In this document: positions 48,901-61,377 of the stretch, piece by piece | Position numbering within the stretch: position 1 is the first letter of the stretch | How the letters are laid out: every line of letters begins with the position of its first letter | Assembly: GCA_002633005.1 (NCBI GenBank) | Contig: NMRA01000706.1 | Location: 90,197-154,196, forward strand | DNA: 64,000 nucleotides | Origin: Phoronis australis | Lineage: Eukaryota > Animalia > Phoronida | Direction: 5' to 3' | Notes under the pieces: model-generated | What the model saw: the letters and a program-made list of their open reading frames with translations, nothing else | Databases searched by the model: none | What the model was told of the DNA's origin: nothing | Program-made: the position numbers and the translations under genes

Positions 48901-51900
48901 ACAAAACACCTGTTTCAGGAACGTCACTAGGTTTCTTGTTTTCGAGTCTATCGTTTTTTGAGTCATTTCTATCTAAATCCAAGATTAGCGTTTCGTTTTC
49001 CGTCCTCAAATTTGTGGTTGCGTTCCGCATGCTTTAGTTTCGACGTCGATTTAGTCAAAGTAAACGTGAAGAAACTTTTCAATCGTCTGAATCGACGTTT
49101 CACGAATGAATAAACTGAAGCCTATAAGTAAACTTGCATGACTAGAGTAGAGTTTTATTACATTCTGGCTTCGAGAAAAAGTTTACACGGAATTGCTTTA
49201 AATATCGGTGTAACGTAGAACTGAATATGTGGCTATCGACTGGGCCGGGTATTATTTAAAGCTGCATTTGGCCATGTTCGGCTACTTAAAAACGAAAGTG
49301 AAAACAGATGTAATACTATACCATACCTCCATAGGTTTCGTTTCTAGCAAAAAACATCGAAACGATCAGCGAATCAACAAAACAGTGCAGTGTGGTTTCT
49401 TCAAGCCTAAAATTACGAGTCGGTTTAAGAATTCAAGATGCAGGGGCAAAATTCAGCTTGAAATACTACAACCGTATCCAATGGACTCAAACAAATTCTT
49501 AAGTCGTCACCATGTAGGTAAGGCATGGTCATAACCCCAGCGTACAACAACTTACCCTCGGCTCACTCTTGATACAGCAACAGCAAATGCAGGCCGACAC
49601 AATGGCCACGATTAACTGGACAAAAGCGAAGATGCCGGCCAGAGCAAATAGGATCCAGGTGGCGATGATGTAGGCGTCATTCTGAAACAGTAATCACTAA
49701 ATCATTTATGGTCTATGTCTTTGTGACATTGGTTTAGCTAAGTTCCGGCCAATCAAACTATGTGACATAATTACCAAAGTAAAGGAGGAAGTCCCAGGTT
49801 AAACGTATCTACATGTAAATCATGGTTTGAAAAGCCACAAGTAAGATGAAATAAACTTTAGTAGACCATAACGCGGCGGTTCACCAACAACGCATTCTAT
49901 AAGTAAAACCTGATTTGCGACTAATCGATGTGCATCCATGACGATTGTCGCAACAGTCGCAACAATTCTACCATTTCGCTCTTTGAGTTAAGCGTACCTG
50001 ATTAAGGTATTGTACAGGTGTAGGACGTTATCCACAAGTCTGCATATTTAGTTAAATAAGCGAACGTTTGATTAAGAACCCTTGTTGCCATGAAGTTTGC
50101 CTCAACTTGTTCCTCACTGAGAGAAGTGACAGTTCCCACTTTCTTGAGAGCATAGTCAGAGCATAGAATGACACGCCGTGACAAATTCAGTGACTGTGCT
50201 TGATCTCAAGCAAAAGCGAATTGTCAGTTTGTTCGAAACTCCAAAATCACATCTAATTTGAACAAGGAACATCTTGAGACTAATTATGTAAAGGTAAATG
50301 GTCCACATTAAAAGTCGACGCTTGCCTGATTTTAATTCAAGCACATTTCAACTATCAGATAGTGGACCAGATATTATTGTTTACCGGCATTTTGAAGTGC
50401 ACAAATTCGAAGATCTAAGACTAAATTTCAGTGAAATGGAACCGAATGCATTAGGGAAGACTACCAGGATCAATGGTTATCGAGGGTGCTTTAGGGTGTA
50501 AGGGGGTCTCCTAACAGTTCAGTTTATTCTTAAACGCAAATTGTGCGGGATATTCGTTGCATAAGCTTGTCTTATATGTGTGTGCGCGTGCGTGTATAAA
50601 TGACTTACGTCTTACGCAAACTGACAAATATGGTAGCACGGCTTGGATCAAGCCACGTGTGGAAGGTTATGAGCACCCTATGTTGTCAACTGCTCATTTA
50701 CTACATAAGCCAACACTTGCTCATGTTGCTCTTTGTGCAAAAGTAGTTCACATTTTGACAGCTACAACACGCAGTTAACGATCTATTTCGTGACATAAGC
50801 AGAGTGAATTTCTATCTTAGCGATAGAGATGCATCCTGCGAGAAGAGTTTATCACTTCAGTAAGGATCATACAGAGTTGACTAACCGTCCTCTTCTCTAA
50901 TGGTGCGAGTTCAGAAAAAAATATTTTTTCTGATAATTAACTGTTTATTAGTCAACAGTGTTTTATTGAATGAGTTAAGGAACGTAAAGCTGACAGGCAA
51001 GCAAAAAGATAAAATTTCTTTCATTCAAGGACAGTTTGCGACGATGGACCTTTTTGGGTGGACATGTTCGTGGGAATCATTTGCTCATCCCTTACAAAAT
51101 CATGACAATTTAACGGCATTATGTTAGCAAAGAATCTGTAAAAGGCTGGGACATTAGCCTACATGGCATTAATGAGCACAGCAAGCTGTCCATCCACAAC
51201 TCTATGGATGTCTAGCGAAAAGGCCTATGTTGCAGCAATATCGCAACGCTGCTGTTCTTACAACACAGGAAAGCTCGATACACAGTACACGGCGACATCT
51301 GCAGTTTGGTTGTGCTGGAAGAATCTGCAAAGAGGCTGCGATTGGGATTCTCGTGAACTTAACGCGGACCAAGCTTTAGTAAATCTACCCATGCAACAAT
51401 GGGACGTAGCCGAAACTGTCCTGAGCATGAGCTGAAACACAGGTGTTAACACGCCACAACTGCCTTTGTTGGTTGGCCCTCACGTAATTTAGAAGGTTAC
51501 AAGACTCGCCGAATTCACACGATCAATCGCCATATCAAATTAAAACGTTCATTGACAGGCATCGCCACAGGTAACAAAATCAAATTTTTACTTACAAAAG
51601 CTAACAATGAGTTGAGGTATACGAGAACGAAAGCTGAACAAGCTAGTAACTGCGCAGGCGCAAAAATGATGGCTCCCAGTAACGACAGAATTAGAAAACT
51701 AACTCTCTGAAAAATAAGAAAATTAACAAGAATTAAAAATACTAATAGAAACTGTCAAAAGCACTTAGCCTTGAAGAGTTCTACAACTTTCTCCTGGAAA
51801 GCACACGCAGTTGCCCACAGATGAGTGTTTTATATAGTTTTCTCTAAGACGACTACGAATGTGCTTAGGACCTTCATGGATTGCAGTGCCGGGTACTCTT

Positions 51901-53065
51901 ATGGCGTTCATGAAGATAAAAATTATAGTTACATGTACACATTCTGTTCTTATACTTTAGTTAGTGTTCACGTGCATAAATGTGTCTGAAATTTTAAGAT
52001 TAAAAAGCACACACTTACGAGGCACTTGGGACGGGTAACGCATGCCCCTACTAAGCCGGTGATGAGGAACTGAAATTAAGAAACTAGGTTCATAAATTGT
52101 TAACCATTAATTCCGCCACCTATCGGGAGGACATTGAAAGCAATATTTACGAGTTGTACAAATGTGTGGCAACCTACGCACATGTACACTGTTTACATGG
52201 ATCATTAATCACATATTCTGTCTTTACAGATGTAGCTAGAGTTAATGTCTGTTGATCTTCCAAAAATTCTGCTATTTTTCAACCTTTAATAGGGCATGAT
52301 TTTGAATTCGAAACTATGAAATTTTGAACTTTTGGTACAGCTAGTAGAGTAAGCCAATTTTTGTACTGTAACAGAATTAGTAGTTCGACACACCCAAGTA
52401 TACATAACATTCTGCAAGCAAAGCAGAGAAGACCCATCCCTTAACTTGTTTTTCCATAAAATATTACTCAAAATTTGACCCTATCGAACATTTTCTCTTT
52501 AATTTTTCCATTAACTTACAAATGTCATAGTCAGAGCAGAATCTTTTCGTTCACTGTACGTTTAGCCGCCGCATTTCTGACGGATGGGGGGAAATTTTCG
52601 AACGTGTAGACTCGCGAAAGTTTTTCTTAAATGCATTTCTCCAAAACTCACCCTAATGGCCAATCATGTGACTTTCAACATGAAAAATGACTAAAAATCC
52701 ATTCTCCATTTTGAAAGTCATCTGACTCTTCACTCAACTGAGTTTCAGACGTTTGAAGTCAAGAGACACCTGTGAGGGAACATTTCAGAAGTTACAGGTA
52801 AGAGCTTACACGGTGTAATACTGGATGGGATAGGAAAACACCGGTAGCATACTGTACTTACCACCAATCCGCAGTATATTGGGGCTGTTAGAACAGGTAT
52901 TATTGGCAAAACTATCCCATAGAGATTCATCGAGGTGGCATGAGGTCGGACCAGATGCAGAGCCAAGATGACGCCACCTGAGACAGCAGACAAACCTCCA
53001 AGGACAGCTTGTATACCGCCAGGTACTCGCAGCATCTTGAACGGAAATGTGTCGCTTGGATCCAT
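45948..53065 (-). CDS. MS4A/CD20-like four-transmembrane protein gene (about 175 aa, 5 coding exons)
   Basis: Exons 53065-52862, 52069-52019, 51706-51596, 49681-49556, 45983-45948; all phase 0, GT-AG. CD20-like pattern: GGIQAVLG, APIYCGLVFLITGLVG, four hydrophobic helices, QLIVAIVSACICCCC. Confidence 0.85.
47030..47460. repeat. Degenerate (GAC)/(ATC) trinucleotide low-complexity tract
   Basis: Runs of gacgac/atcatc; translations are T-rich or D-rich depending on frame. Confidence 0.6.
49556..49681 (-). CDS. MS4A-like exon (TM4 + Cys cluster)
   Basis: tttcag|NDAYIIATWILFALAGIFAFVQLIVAIVSACICCCCIKSEPR|gtaagt. Confidence 0.9.
51596..51706 (-). CDS. MS4A-like exon (TM3)
   Basis: tttcag|RVSFLILSLLGAIIFAPAQLLACSAFVLVYLNSLLAF|gtaagt. 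Confidence 0.88.
52019..52069 (-). CDS. MS4A-like exon (TM2 end)
   Basis: tttcag|FLITGLVGACVTRPKCL|gtaagt. Confidence 0.88.
52862..53065 (-). CDS. MS4A-like first coding exon
   Basis: The exon starts at 53079 after an acceptor AG; AAAATGG start at 53065; MDPSDTFPFKMLRVPGGIQAVLGG...APIYCGLV|gtaagt. Confidence 0.88.
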
Positions 53066-54390
53066 TTTGGTCACTACACCTGTAATACATTAATCTTAGG
53101 AAGTCATGTCAACAGTAATTCATAATTATATGGTGGTTATCAGATGCTTAAATGTACAAAAATTATACCTATGTTTTTAAATCTGAAAATGTTACACATA
53201 CGGAAATGCATGCATACATACGTGCGTGCTTACTAACACCTGTATAGACATAGAATACACAAATATATATATATATATATACATAAACGCGTGTGCGTGC
53301 GTGCATGTGTGTGTGTCCGTGTGTTGATTATTTTTGGAAACGTTTATTACGGTTTTAGCACCAGATGTGTTTCTCAATTATATGGGAATGCAATCACTAT
53401 TTTACCCCAATTTATCCTATTTATTCATCAAATTCTACATATTAGTAATTTTATATTAATTTATTTTATTTATTGTCTTTTCAATCTAATTGTACATAGC
53501 TGTCCGTATTTTACTTCATGTACATGTAATTATTTCCGACTGGGCCCACTTGAAAGTCAGACGTGTATTCAGTGAAGTGGTCACCCAGTCTTTTAAAGAA
53601 GTTTAAATAAATAAATTAAATAAATAAAACGTTAACGTGTTAATTATTGCTGACAATTGTTACAATTAATGTCCTTTATGAAATAAGGTTAAGGCTTTGA
53701 ATGTTAATTCTAACTGATCGCCAAATGATCCCGTCAAGTGGATATTTCCAACCAAGCAAAAGTTTTTGATAACCCCTAATTTCTTTTAAAGCGATATGCC
53801 AAAATATCACGAAAAGCAAGGCGACATACCCTATGGTGTAAGCCAAAGCCTAAGTTGTACTAGAGTTTACTTCGCCACACAGATTTGATGGAGTTCCCCA
53901 ACAACATTCATACTAATAATCAATCTGTACTTGTCTTAGAAATACGTGACTTTTTCTTTAGCCAAAAGCGGTTGTGATTCCCCTAATTACATGTAACTGT
54001 CCGCAATTGAAGTTGCTTCCACACACCATGCATAGAATCCCTAAAATGAGTGTAACGGACAACGCCCGTAGCCGAGAACATCACATTCCTTGGTCAACGC
54101 TTGGTATTTGGTTCAAGTTACTGTCCACAGAGAGCGTCCACACCACAGCTGATTGCTCTTGCCTCGCCATCTCACTTACATGTAACTTTATACCCAGAAG
54201 GAATTCCCAAAAGCAAGCCGGTCATATCACGTTCACTTCTACCAGTGCGGTAGGTTACCGATATTCCTAGCCGAAGTTGCTTTCACACCGCGTGTATAGA
54301 ATTGTATAGAATCCTTGAAATGAGCTGGGAAGAGTTCAGTGTCTCGCGATTAAAAAAATTAGGGAAAATCACGTTATTGGCAATATCTCA

Positions 54391-54720
54391 CTAATCTAGC
54401 GAATTCTTGCTTTTTAGCGAGGTCCTAGTCAGTTCAGAATATTTATCGCAGCTTAGAAGGAAATGGTATTCGTCTTTCACAACATGCATGTACACGTAGG
54501 GGCAGAAGGGACACACTCTGCTTGCCCTATCCAAATTCAAGTGTCTGCCTACTTCAACCATGAGACTGTGACTGGAACAACGAAAACGTGCCATGGCATA
54601 ATTTGTGCACGGGGCATACTCAAAATAAATTTTCCACTTTGAATTCCTTTTTAACACAGTTTAGGATTACTCTCAACATTTTGTCTCCATCCTTGCAAAT
54701 GAGAATCCCTTATTCGCTGA
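54391..54720 (-). mobile_element. 3' fragment of a non-LTR retrotransposon ORF2 (C-terminal CCHC region)
   Basis: MARFRCSSHSLMVEVGRH...RVCPFC...KDEYHFLLSCDKYSEL matches the R.SSH.L.IE.GR...R.C..C...EDE.HFLL.C..Y..LR motif. Confidence 0.8.
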
Positions 54721-57700
54721 AAAGTATTTTTTAGCGATTTCAACGACTTGCTGTTTGTTATTTCTAGAGGACAAGTGGACGAGACGGTCTCGCCACCTGG
54801 TGACCAACGTAGTGAATTAAACAATACACGCGAGCGTTTTCAAGAGAACACAGTTGCATCTCTGCTAAATCCCGCCAAATCGTTATTTCCCACGGGAAAT
54901 AATGGTATGGATTATTAACCGCTAGTTATTTACTGTCCAGGCCTGTATTGGGAGATAAATATATCTATGTTCAAATAATATGATTCTTGTTTCATTTAAA
55001 GACAAGAAATCAAGGATATGGATAATGAGGTGATGTTTTACTTTTGCTGAAACAATCTACAAATAAAGAATCGTCTTAGGCTCATGCTCATCATTGCGGT
55101 TCTCCCCAAAATTGCAATTTCAGGAAATATTCAAATAATGGTTGACCTCTTTTATTGACTTACTTAACTACAAAATGTCAAAACGCGTCCATCGCATTTT
55201 GTCCCTTTTTCCTTGTACACATATGAAGTGAACTGAAATCCAAACTGTAATTTCTTAAACAATCTGTATTGATAAGATAGAAAATGAACCAATACTTCCG
55301 TATACCCTACACCTTGTGTTTATGTTACCTGTCAACAGCAACAGAATACAACTTGAGCAAATAAAAACTTCAACAATTTGTTTTCTGTGTAAATTCCCCT
55401 ATCGCTTGTCTTTGTTCGATTCTATTATTGAATAGGAAGAACATCTGAGCTGAAGGGGCAACAGACGTAAATGATAACGCATTATTATGTATTTCAGTAA
55501 ACATTAGGATTGCAACATACCTATTTTAGTGCTTACGTCATTTAAGGTTGTAATTGCACGATGTTTACATTCAGCTGATTTAAATACATCGGTTGACCTC
55601 ACCTTAAATTGACCAATAAAGAACCTGATATCAGAGGTGTACACCAAACTGAAATGCTGGCAGCGTCTTAGTTCGAGACTAAGTACGAAGAAAGACTTCA
55701 ATCGTCCTCGAGGGTGTATTTTATTGTGCAATTCCCTGCACTTGTTTGTAAATAATGGTGTTCCATCATGAATAATACGAACTAATCCATAGCTTTGATA
55801 GAGCAATTGAAACCGTTTCACTTGCAGTGCGTGCAAATTATCATAATCGTTTCCACAGTTATTAAGATCGATATTACTCATAAACCTTCTGACCAATACA
55901 ACAGGGAGTTGGCCCGTCAGCAAAAACGTATTTCGTCTTCATAAAATCATCATGTCTCCATCGTCACTAGGGTTTTTGAGACGTTTGATGGCCACAGTGG
56001 AGGAATAAGTGCCCCTACATATGGTCATTGCTAGACCTCTCTGCTGGGTCTGAATCCTAGATGCGCGCCAGATGATTATCACTTAAACCAGTCTAACTGA
56101 CAGACAATATGTGCTGGACAATGTTGTTCTTCTGAGAAGCCCATGGTAGCAAGAGAGCGAATGACAACCAAGATATATCGCGAAGGCGATTTCTGGTGAT
56201 TTATTTGTAGTTATCAGTGTAACATTCGTTATCCTCATCATTATCGTCAGCGCCTTCAACATATTTTTCACACATTATCATCATCATCATCATCATCAGC
56301 AGCAGCATCACTATTAAGAAAAACTGTATTACAACGATCATCCTTATGATCATCACAAGCGGTAGCACTACCGCTTTGTTACCTCAACGTTTGTGGCGAC
56401 TTCCCCGTCAAGCGTATACCAGTCACAAAGGTCAAGGTTACAGTTCCCCATGAAGTGATCGTCCATCAAGTAGTATTTGAAACGCCGGCATTTGCCATGT
56501 TACTGATTGTGAAAGCCGAAGCGTGCGCCTCCCAGACAATAGATTTGCACTTACCATCCAGAAACAAGGAAGTATCACGAAGGCAATGGTATGCTCAGTA
56601 AGTTGGTGGGTGATATTAGGTAGTTATTATCTGTCAGAGTGCACTCGTAACTATGATAAACTGAACTTTCGAATGTTTGAACGGCTACTGAAAGGAATTG
56701 GTCTCCGAAGATGGTATATCTAAGTCTGCTGTCGATGTTGAGTAGTAAAGGCTTAGCATTACTATTGCATAGGCGGATTTAGGGAGGGGGGCAGGCGGAC
56801 CCCCCCCCCTTGGCTGCCGGAAAAAATAACACAAAAATATAATAGCAAAACCGTAGGGAAATGTTGAGTTTATTAATTAACCCCGGTAATTGAACTTATA
56901 CCGATGAAACAAGATTTAAATTTGTGAAGTTTTGGTGTTTGGGGCGGGGGGGATCGATCCAGTTTCAAGTGTCAAATTCAGAACACGGCTAAATATAGGC
57001 TCTCCCGCGGTATCTCAGGCGACCGCCAGTGGCGCTGCGCACCACGACTCCGTTTCTGTCGTCTGCTCCACTGTGCAATGAAGATAATTTATTTCATTTT
57101 TTAAAGAAAATGGAACCTGAGCGACGGTGAAAAAACAAAAACTGCAGGTTAGATGTAAATTTTATTCGAAGCCTTAGAGAATCACTCAGAAACTCACAAT
57201 TTTGTCTTTGTCAAATTTTAACTTAAGACGAAAGCAATTCCGTCATTATTGCCAACACGAAAAACAGATTTGGTCTTTTAGGCATTTGAAGACTATTTTA
57301 AATACAAAAAATGTTAAAAACCCATTGCAACAAATATAAAACATGTAATAAGCATTACAAAAAGAAGTAGGTTTCGCGCGCAAATGCTGTGGACCATAAA
57401 CAAGTAAGTCTCTTAGTTTCGGAGTAGGAGTTAAAGGCGAAGGCAACCTTTTTCCATGTCAATTTGAGCTAAAATAAGGTTGGTTGGTTATCCTAGACAT
57501 ATTTTCCACTTAATTACAGCTTTTCGTAATTTTATAAATTACTCGTCCGCTACTCCGGAAGTGACGTTTTAGGAGGCAAGCGTTTCCCGCCACTTGGTTT
57601 TGCGTTGACTTTACCGTGCGAATCTGTTCTATTCTACTTTTGTTTTGTGCTGTTTTTCAACAATTGTCGCCACCACTTTCCATCGGCGAGTATTCTGCGG

Positions 57701-57768
57701 CAAGATAGGTTAGTAGAGAACTCAACTACGTTGGATTTAGGGATTGTTTAGTGTGTTGTAAGCTGAAA

Positions 57769-58164
57769 ATGGCTGGAGTCGGTGACCCGTATCACAGTGA
57801 CAGTAGTGTGAGTGACGGAGACCTTGTTCACAGCAGTGGTGACGAGGAATTTTTTCACGGACATTCAGTGGGTGGGTACATGTTTGAGCCCGAGTATAAC
57901 GAGGCAGAGTACGCACAGGCACAGGCAGCTGTTGAGAGAAACGAGGCGGCTACTGAGGACAGACGTGGTGACACATCTTGGTGCAAATGCACTGTGTGCG
58001 TTGTTATGCCTACCTCAATGGAATGCTTGTGCTGTTCAGAGTTCGGCGAGGCCAAGCCACTACTGGACATGGTTAAGTGGACCTCCGGCATACCACGGAC
58101 AGAGGAACAACTGTCCCACTTGCCAGAGTGTCCCGCGACACACTCCCCATGGATGGTGACCTGA
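57769..58164 (+). CDS. Cys-rich accessory ORF (KolX / P2X7 ballast-like Zn-binding domain), C-terminally truncated, 131 aa
   Basis: Acidic N-terminus, YMFEP, then RRGDTSWCKCTVCVVMPTSMECLCCSE (WCxCxxCxxMPTxxExLCC motif). Confidence 0.65.
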   Translation: MAGVGDPYHSDSSVSDGDLVHSSGDEEFFHGHSVGGYMFEPEYNEAEYAQAQAAVERNEAATEDRRGDTSWCKCTVCVVMPTSMECLCCSEFGEAKPLLDMVKWTSGIPRTEEQLSHLPECPATHSPWMVT

Positions 58165-58858
58165 GCACCCAAACTGCTCTGCTGTCGTGTGACTCCCTCG
58201 CCACACACCTGGCACCTTCTAAATAGCTCCAACACTTTAAACAAGTCCACAATAAATTGATCAAAGTTTGGCTCACCGATCTGTTCACTGGTCGACGAAC
58301 TGTTCTCTTCACTGGGTGTCGAACTGAGCCTGTAATCACTCCCACTACTCAATATCGCTGCAGGGCTGCTTAGAGGCTCTGGGCTGGAGAAAACAGCACA
58401 GGGCGAATCACTACTAGTTCCAGGAATTGCACGCTCTGGGGTACGTTCGGAGGCACGGTGACAGTAGATGAAGTGCCTCCGCTGGCTCCAGTCACTGTAC
58501 TGGCCACAGCTCGCGAGGCTTCTTGCTTCAAAAACGCATTTCTCGGGGGTGGCGACGGGGCACTGCCTGGAATCAACACAGACGGAATGGCATCCTTCTT
58601 CAGACGTTGTTTCGCAGGGACCTTCATCAGTTCAGCGTACAAATCCCTTTAGTAATCGGACGGCAGAAAGTGCTTGCCACACACACGGTAATTCTACACT
58701 GTTTTGTAAGTTGCGTGGACGGGTAACGCTGCGTTCTTCACACGAACGAGCCAAGTACGGCGAAGTGTGCCATCCATCGGAAAGCGATGCAAAGGTACTC
58801 CCAAAGCGCGCGTAAGCCGATAATTAGTACATCCTGGTACGCAGCAACAGTGTGGCAT
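58075..58858 (-). pseudogene. Disrupted THAP/transposase N-terminus in copy 2
   Basis: Aligns with the copy-1 ORF but has frameshifts and a GAA>TAA stop near 58650. Retains FIVDLFKVLELFRRCQVC...CVAGHSGKWDS. Confidence 0.75.
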
Positions 58859-59135
58859 GTTGACTGACTAGTAAATGAAAGCAAACGACAACGGAACTTA
58901 ACACAACCGAGGTACATGTAGAACAATGACTGACTCGGCAGCTCTCACAGTCAGACTATATGAAAAGAAATTGGCGCGAAATGCTTGCCTCCTAAAACGT
59001 CACTTCCGGAGTAGCGGACGAGTAATTAATAAAATTACAAAAAGTTGTAATTAAGTGGAAAATATGTCTAGGATAACCAGCCAACTTTATTTTAGCTCAA
59101 AATGACATGGAAAAAGGTTGCCTTCGCCTTTAACT

Positions 59136-59195
59136 CGTGGTGGTGCAGTGCTAATGCACGCGCGCTCTATCCGACAGGTCGTGAGTTCGAGTCTC
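59136..59195 (+). other. tRNA-like/SINE-head fragment (Pol III A and B boxes)
   Basis: TGGTGCAGTGC (A-box-like) at 59141 and GAGTTCGAGTC (B-box-like) at 59183. No complete cloverleaf. Confidence 0.3.
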
Positions 59196-61142
59196 TTGTA
59201 AATGCAGTTTTTCCCATTTGACACGTTCTGTATGTTTTTTTTTATTTTTGCCTTTTTTTGGATAATACTTCACGAATCAAGGAAAATGCTTGATTTTTAG
59301 AGGAAAATACAGAAAGATTTCCTGGGCGGGTGGGGGGCAAACGCCCCTCCCGACCTCCCCCCATTCGGTGCTTTGCGCATCCACAATCGTGGTTTGCGCA
59401 AATGCTTACAGTCGGACAAAAGGTTGGGCCCCCCTTGTGATATCCTAGATCCGCCACTGTATCATGTAATAGCTTTGTGGCGTGCAACACCAAATTTCTG
59501 TAGGACCGAAGTCACATTTCATAAAACAGATCCCTTGACGGTGCTCCGTAGACGCAATAAACTCGGCTAAAACAGCAAGTGTGATCGCACGTTCCGGTTT
59601 GCAAGACGATACCTCCTTTTCTCAATTTTCTTTCGTCTAGAGAACGCAGACCGGGTTGTTATGGAGTACAAAATCAAGCAGTGTTTTAACAGTGCAAGAA
59701 AGCGCTATCTAAACGCAGTCACTTCAAATAATACGTGAAGTTGTCTTTTCTCGCCATATTACGTCAGCGCGAAAAAACGGCAAACAAAGAACGGCCGATA
59801 GCAGTATTGTCGAACATCCGCCATATCCTAGACGTAGGCGATATAAGTTTGCATTTGCCGTGGGTACCAGAGTACGTGTATAATGAAGAGAACACCAACC
59901 GTGTACGAGTGTTGTTTGTTAATGTTTGAATTATCTTGATTTCTCGCGATGACGTTGACGGCAGTCAAGTATTAAGTTTAACGTTTTATTACGTTTGGTA
60001 ATTTATGATTTCACTTGATATTAGAATGGTTCTTTTAAGATATTAGGAATAAATTTTCTTATGCTACAGTTCACTGTATGCTTAAGGGTTCTTTGCAAGA
60101 CGTCATTAAGTTATGACATTTCCGTGAAAGTTCAAGCGTATTTATTTTTCGAAAGGAAGTGAATGTTCAAGTCGCTGGTTTTTCTTAAATGACTGCACGG
60201 TAAAAATTTTAGAGTCCCCCCCTCGATTCTACATGTTGTAATCTAATCACGGTGTCCATTACCTACACTGTACTGGAACGCTGTGTAACACTTTTCTTCC
60301 ACTTATTCTTCAGACACCGAAACAATGATTAAAAAGAGTCCTCTAATTAATAGACGCATAGACATTTGACTAGTCTCCAGCTAGATAGCACTGTTGTGCA
60401 CTAGTAAAAGACTTCGACTGTGACAGACAAATAGCTTCACAGACAGCTCTATAATACCGTGGTCTGTATTGATTTTAGTCACACATACATATACTTCACC
60501 GTGGCAGATATAAGCAGGTAAACTACATGTTCCGGTTCTATTTGTTCAGATACTCACAATTGCTACCCTGGGAATAAATTATGTTACTCATCGTTCTCGT
60601 AATTGTGTTAAATCGTAATTTTAGCTATCAATCCATACTCTGGTTCTTCTATAAGAATTCAGAACCACTTCACTCTGCTTACTATAGGATCGTGTTGCTT
60701 ACGTCAATTTTCTTGCGCGAAAGATGGGGTTTCTTCCGGCGAAAACGGGGAGGGGGTCTGCACAAAGTCATTACACTGTTTGTAAGGATGGTATGCTGCT
60801 GAAAATTAGGATTACACAACCCTTTAAAGAGTGAGCACGTCATCATTTTACGGAATCAGCAAGTAAAAGGGACCCATTCTTAGAGAGATTTCAAATGTAC
60901 AAAAACGGTCGCCCTTATGTAAACTTTGTTCCCCAATATTTTGCGTGGCCAGGTTCTAACCTTAACAGAAGGCTTGTACATCGAGTTAAAATACAATAGT
61001 CAAGTCCTGGGTCTGTAGTCATTCTAGCTCAACAAGCCCAAACAGAAGATGAATCCTTTTTGTAGAATAGACGGAAATGGATCTTTCGGTGTACCTTGCA
61101 TATGAAGTGAATACCTCATAGGGGAAATAAATGAGAAAAGGT

Positions 61143-61377
61143 GCAATTTCGTAGGCATTCTGGCCGTGAAAACCCTTACCCATCTCCGTGGCCCTGCCTA
61201 TTGCATTTTCGTAGACATTCTGGCCGTGAAACCCTACCCATCTCCGTGGCCCTGCCTATTGCATTTTCGTAGACATTCTGGCTTGAAACTCCCACCCATC
61301 TCCGTGGCACTGTCTATTGCGTTTTCGTAGACATTCTGGCCATGATAAGCCCTACCCATCTCCGTGGCACTGCCTAT
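61143..61377. repeat. ~59-bp minisatellite, 4 copies
   Basis: Unit TTTCGTAGACATTCTGGCCGTGAAACCCTACCCATCTCCGTGGCCCTGCCTATTGCA. Confidence 0.95.

Larger units (their letters stand above)
57435..59129. mobile_element. Kolobok-type DNA transposon, internally deleted, copy 2 (1695 bp)
   Basis: TTAA TSD (57431-34 and 59130-33); TIR AGGCGAAGGCAACCTTTTTCCATGTC; colinear with 34647-36331 in the same orientation. Confidence 0.88.
56768..59459. mobile_element. Possible host non-autonomous TIR element into which Kolobok copy 2 inserted
   Basis: Imperfect inverted ends CATAGGCGGATTTAGG and CCTAGATCCGCCACTG, with G/C-run subtermini. No TSD found. Confidence 0.4.

Noticed and set aside
51130-51460. Possible decayed LINE 3' end (QPLCRF...VL*EQQR) on the - strand
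   Set aside because: Key Cys/His residues are missing; too weak to call without a search.
59136-59195. Functional tRNA gene
   Set aside because: Only box-like motifs; acceptor and anticodon stems cannot be formed.
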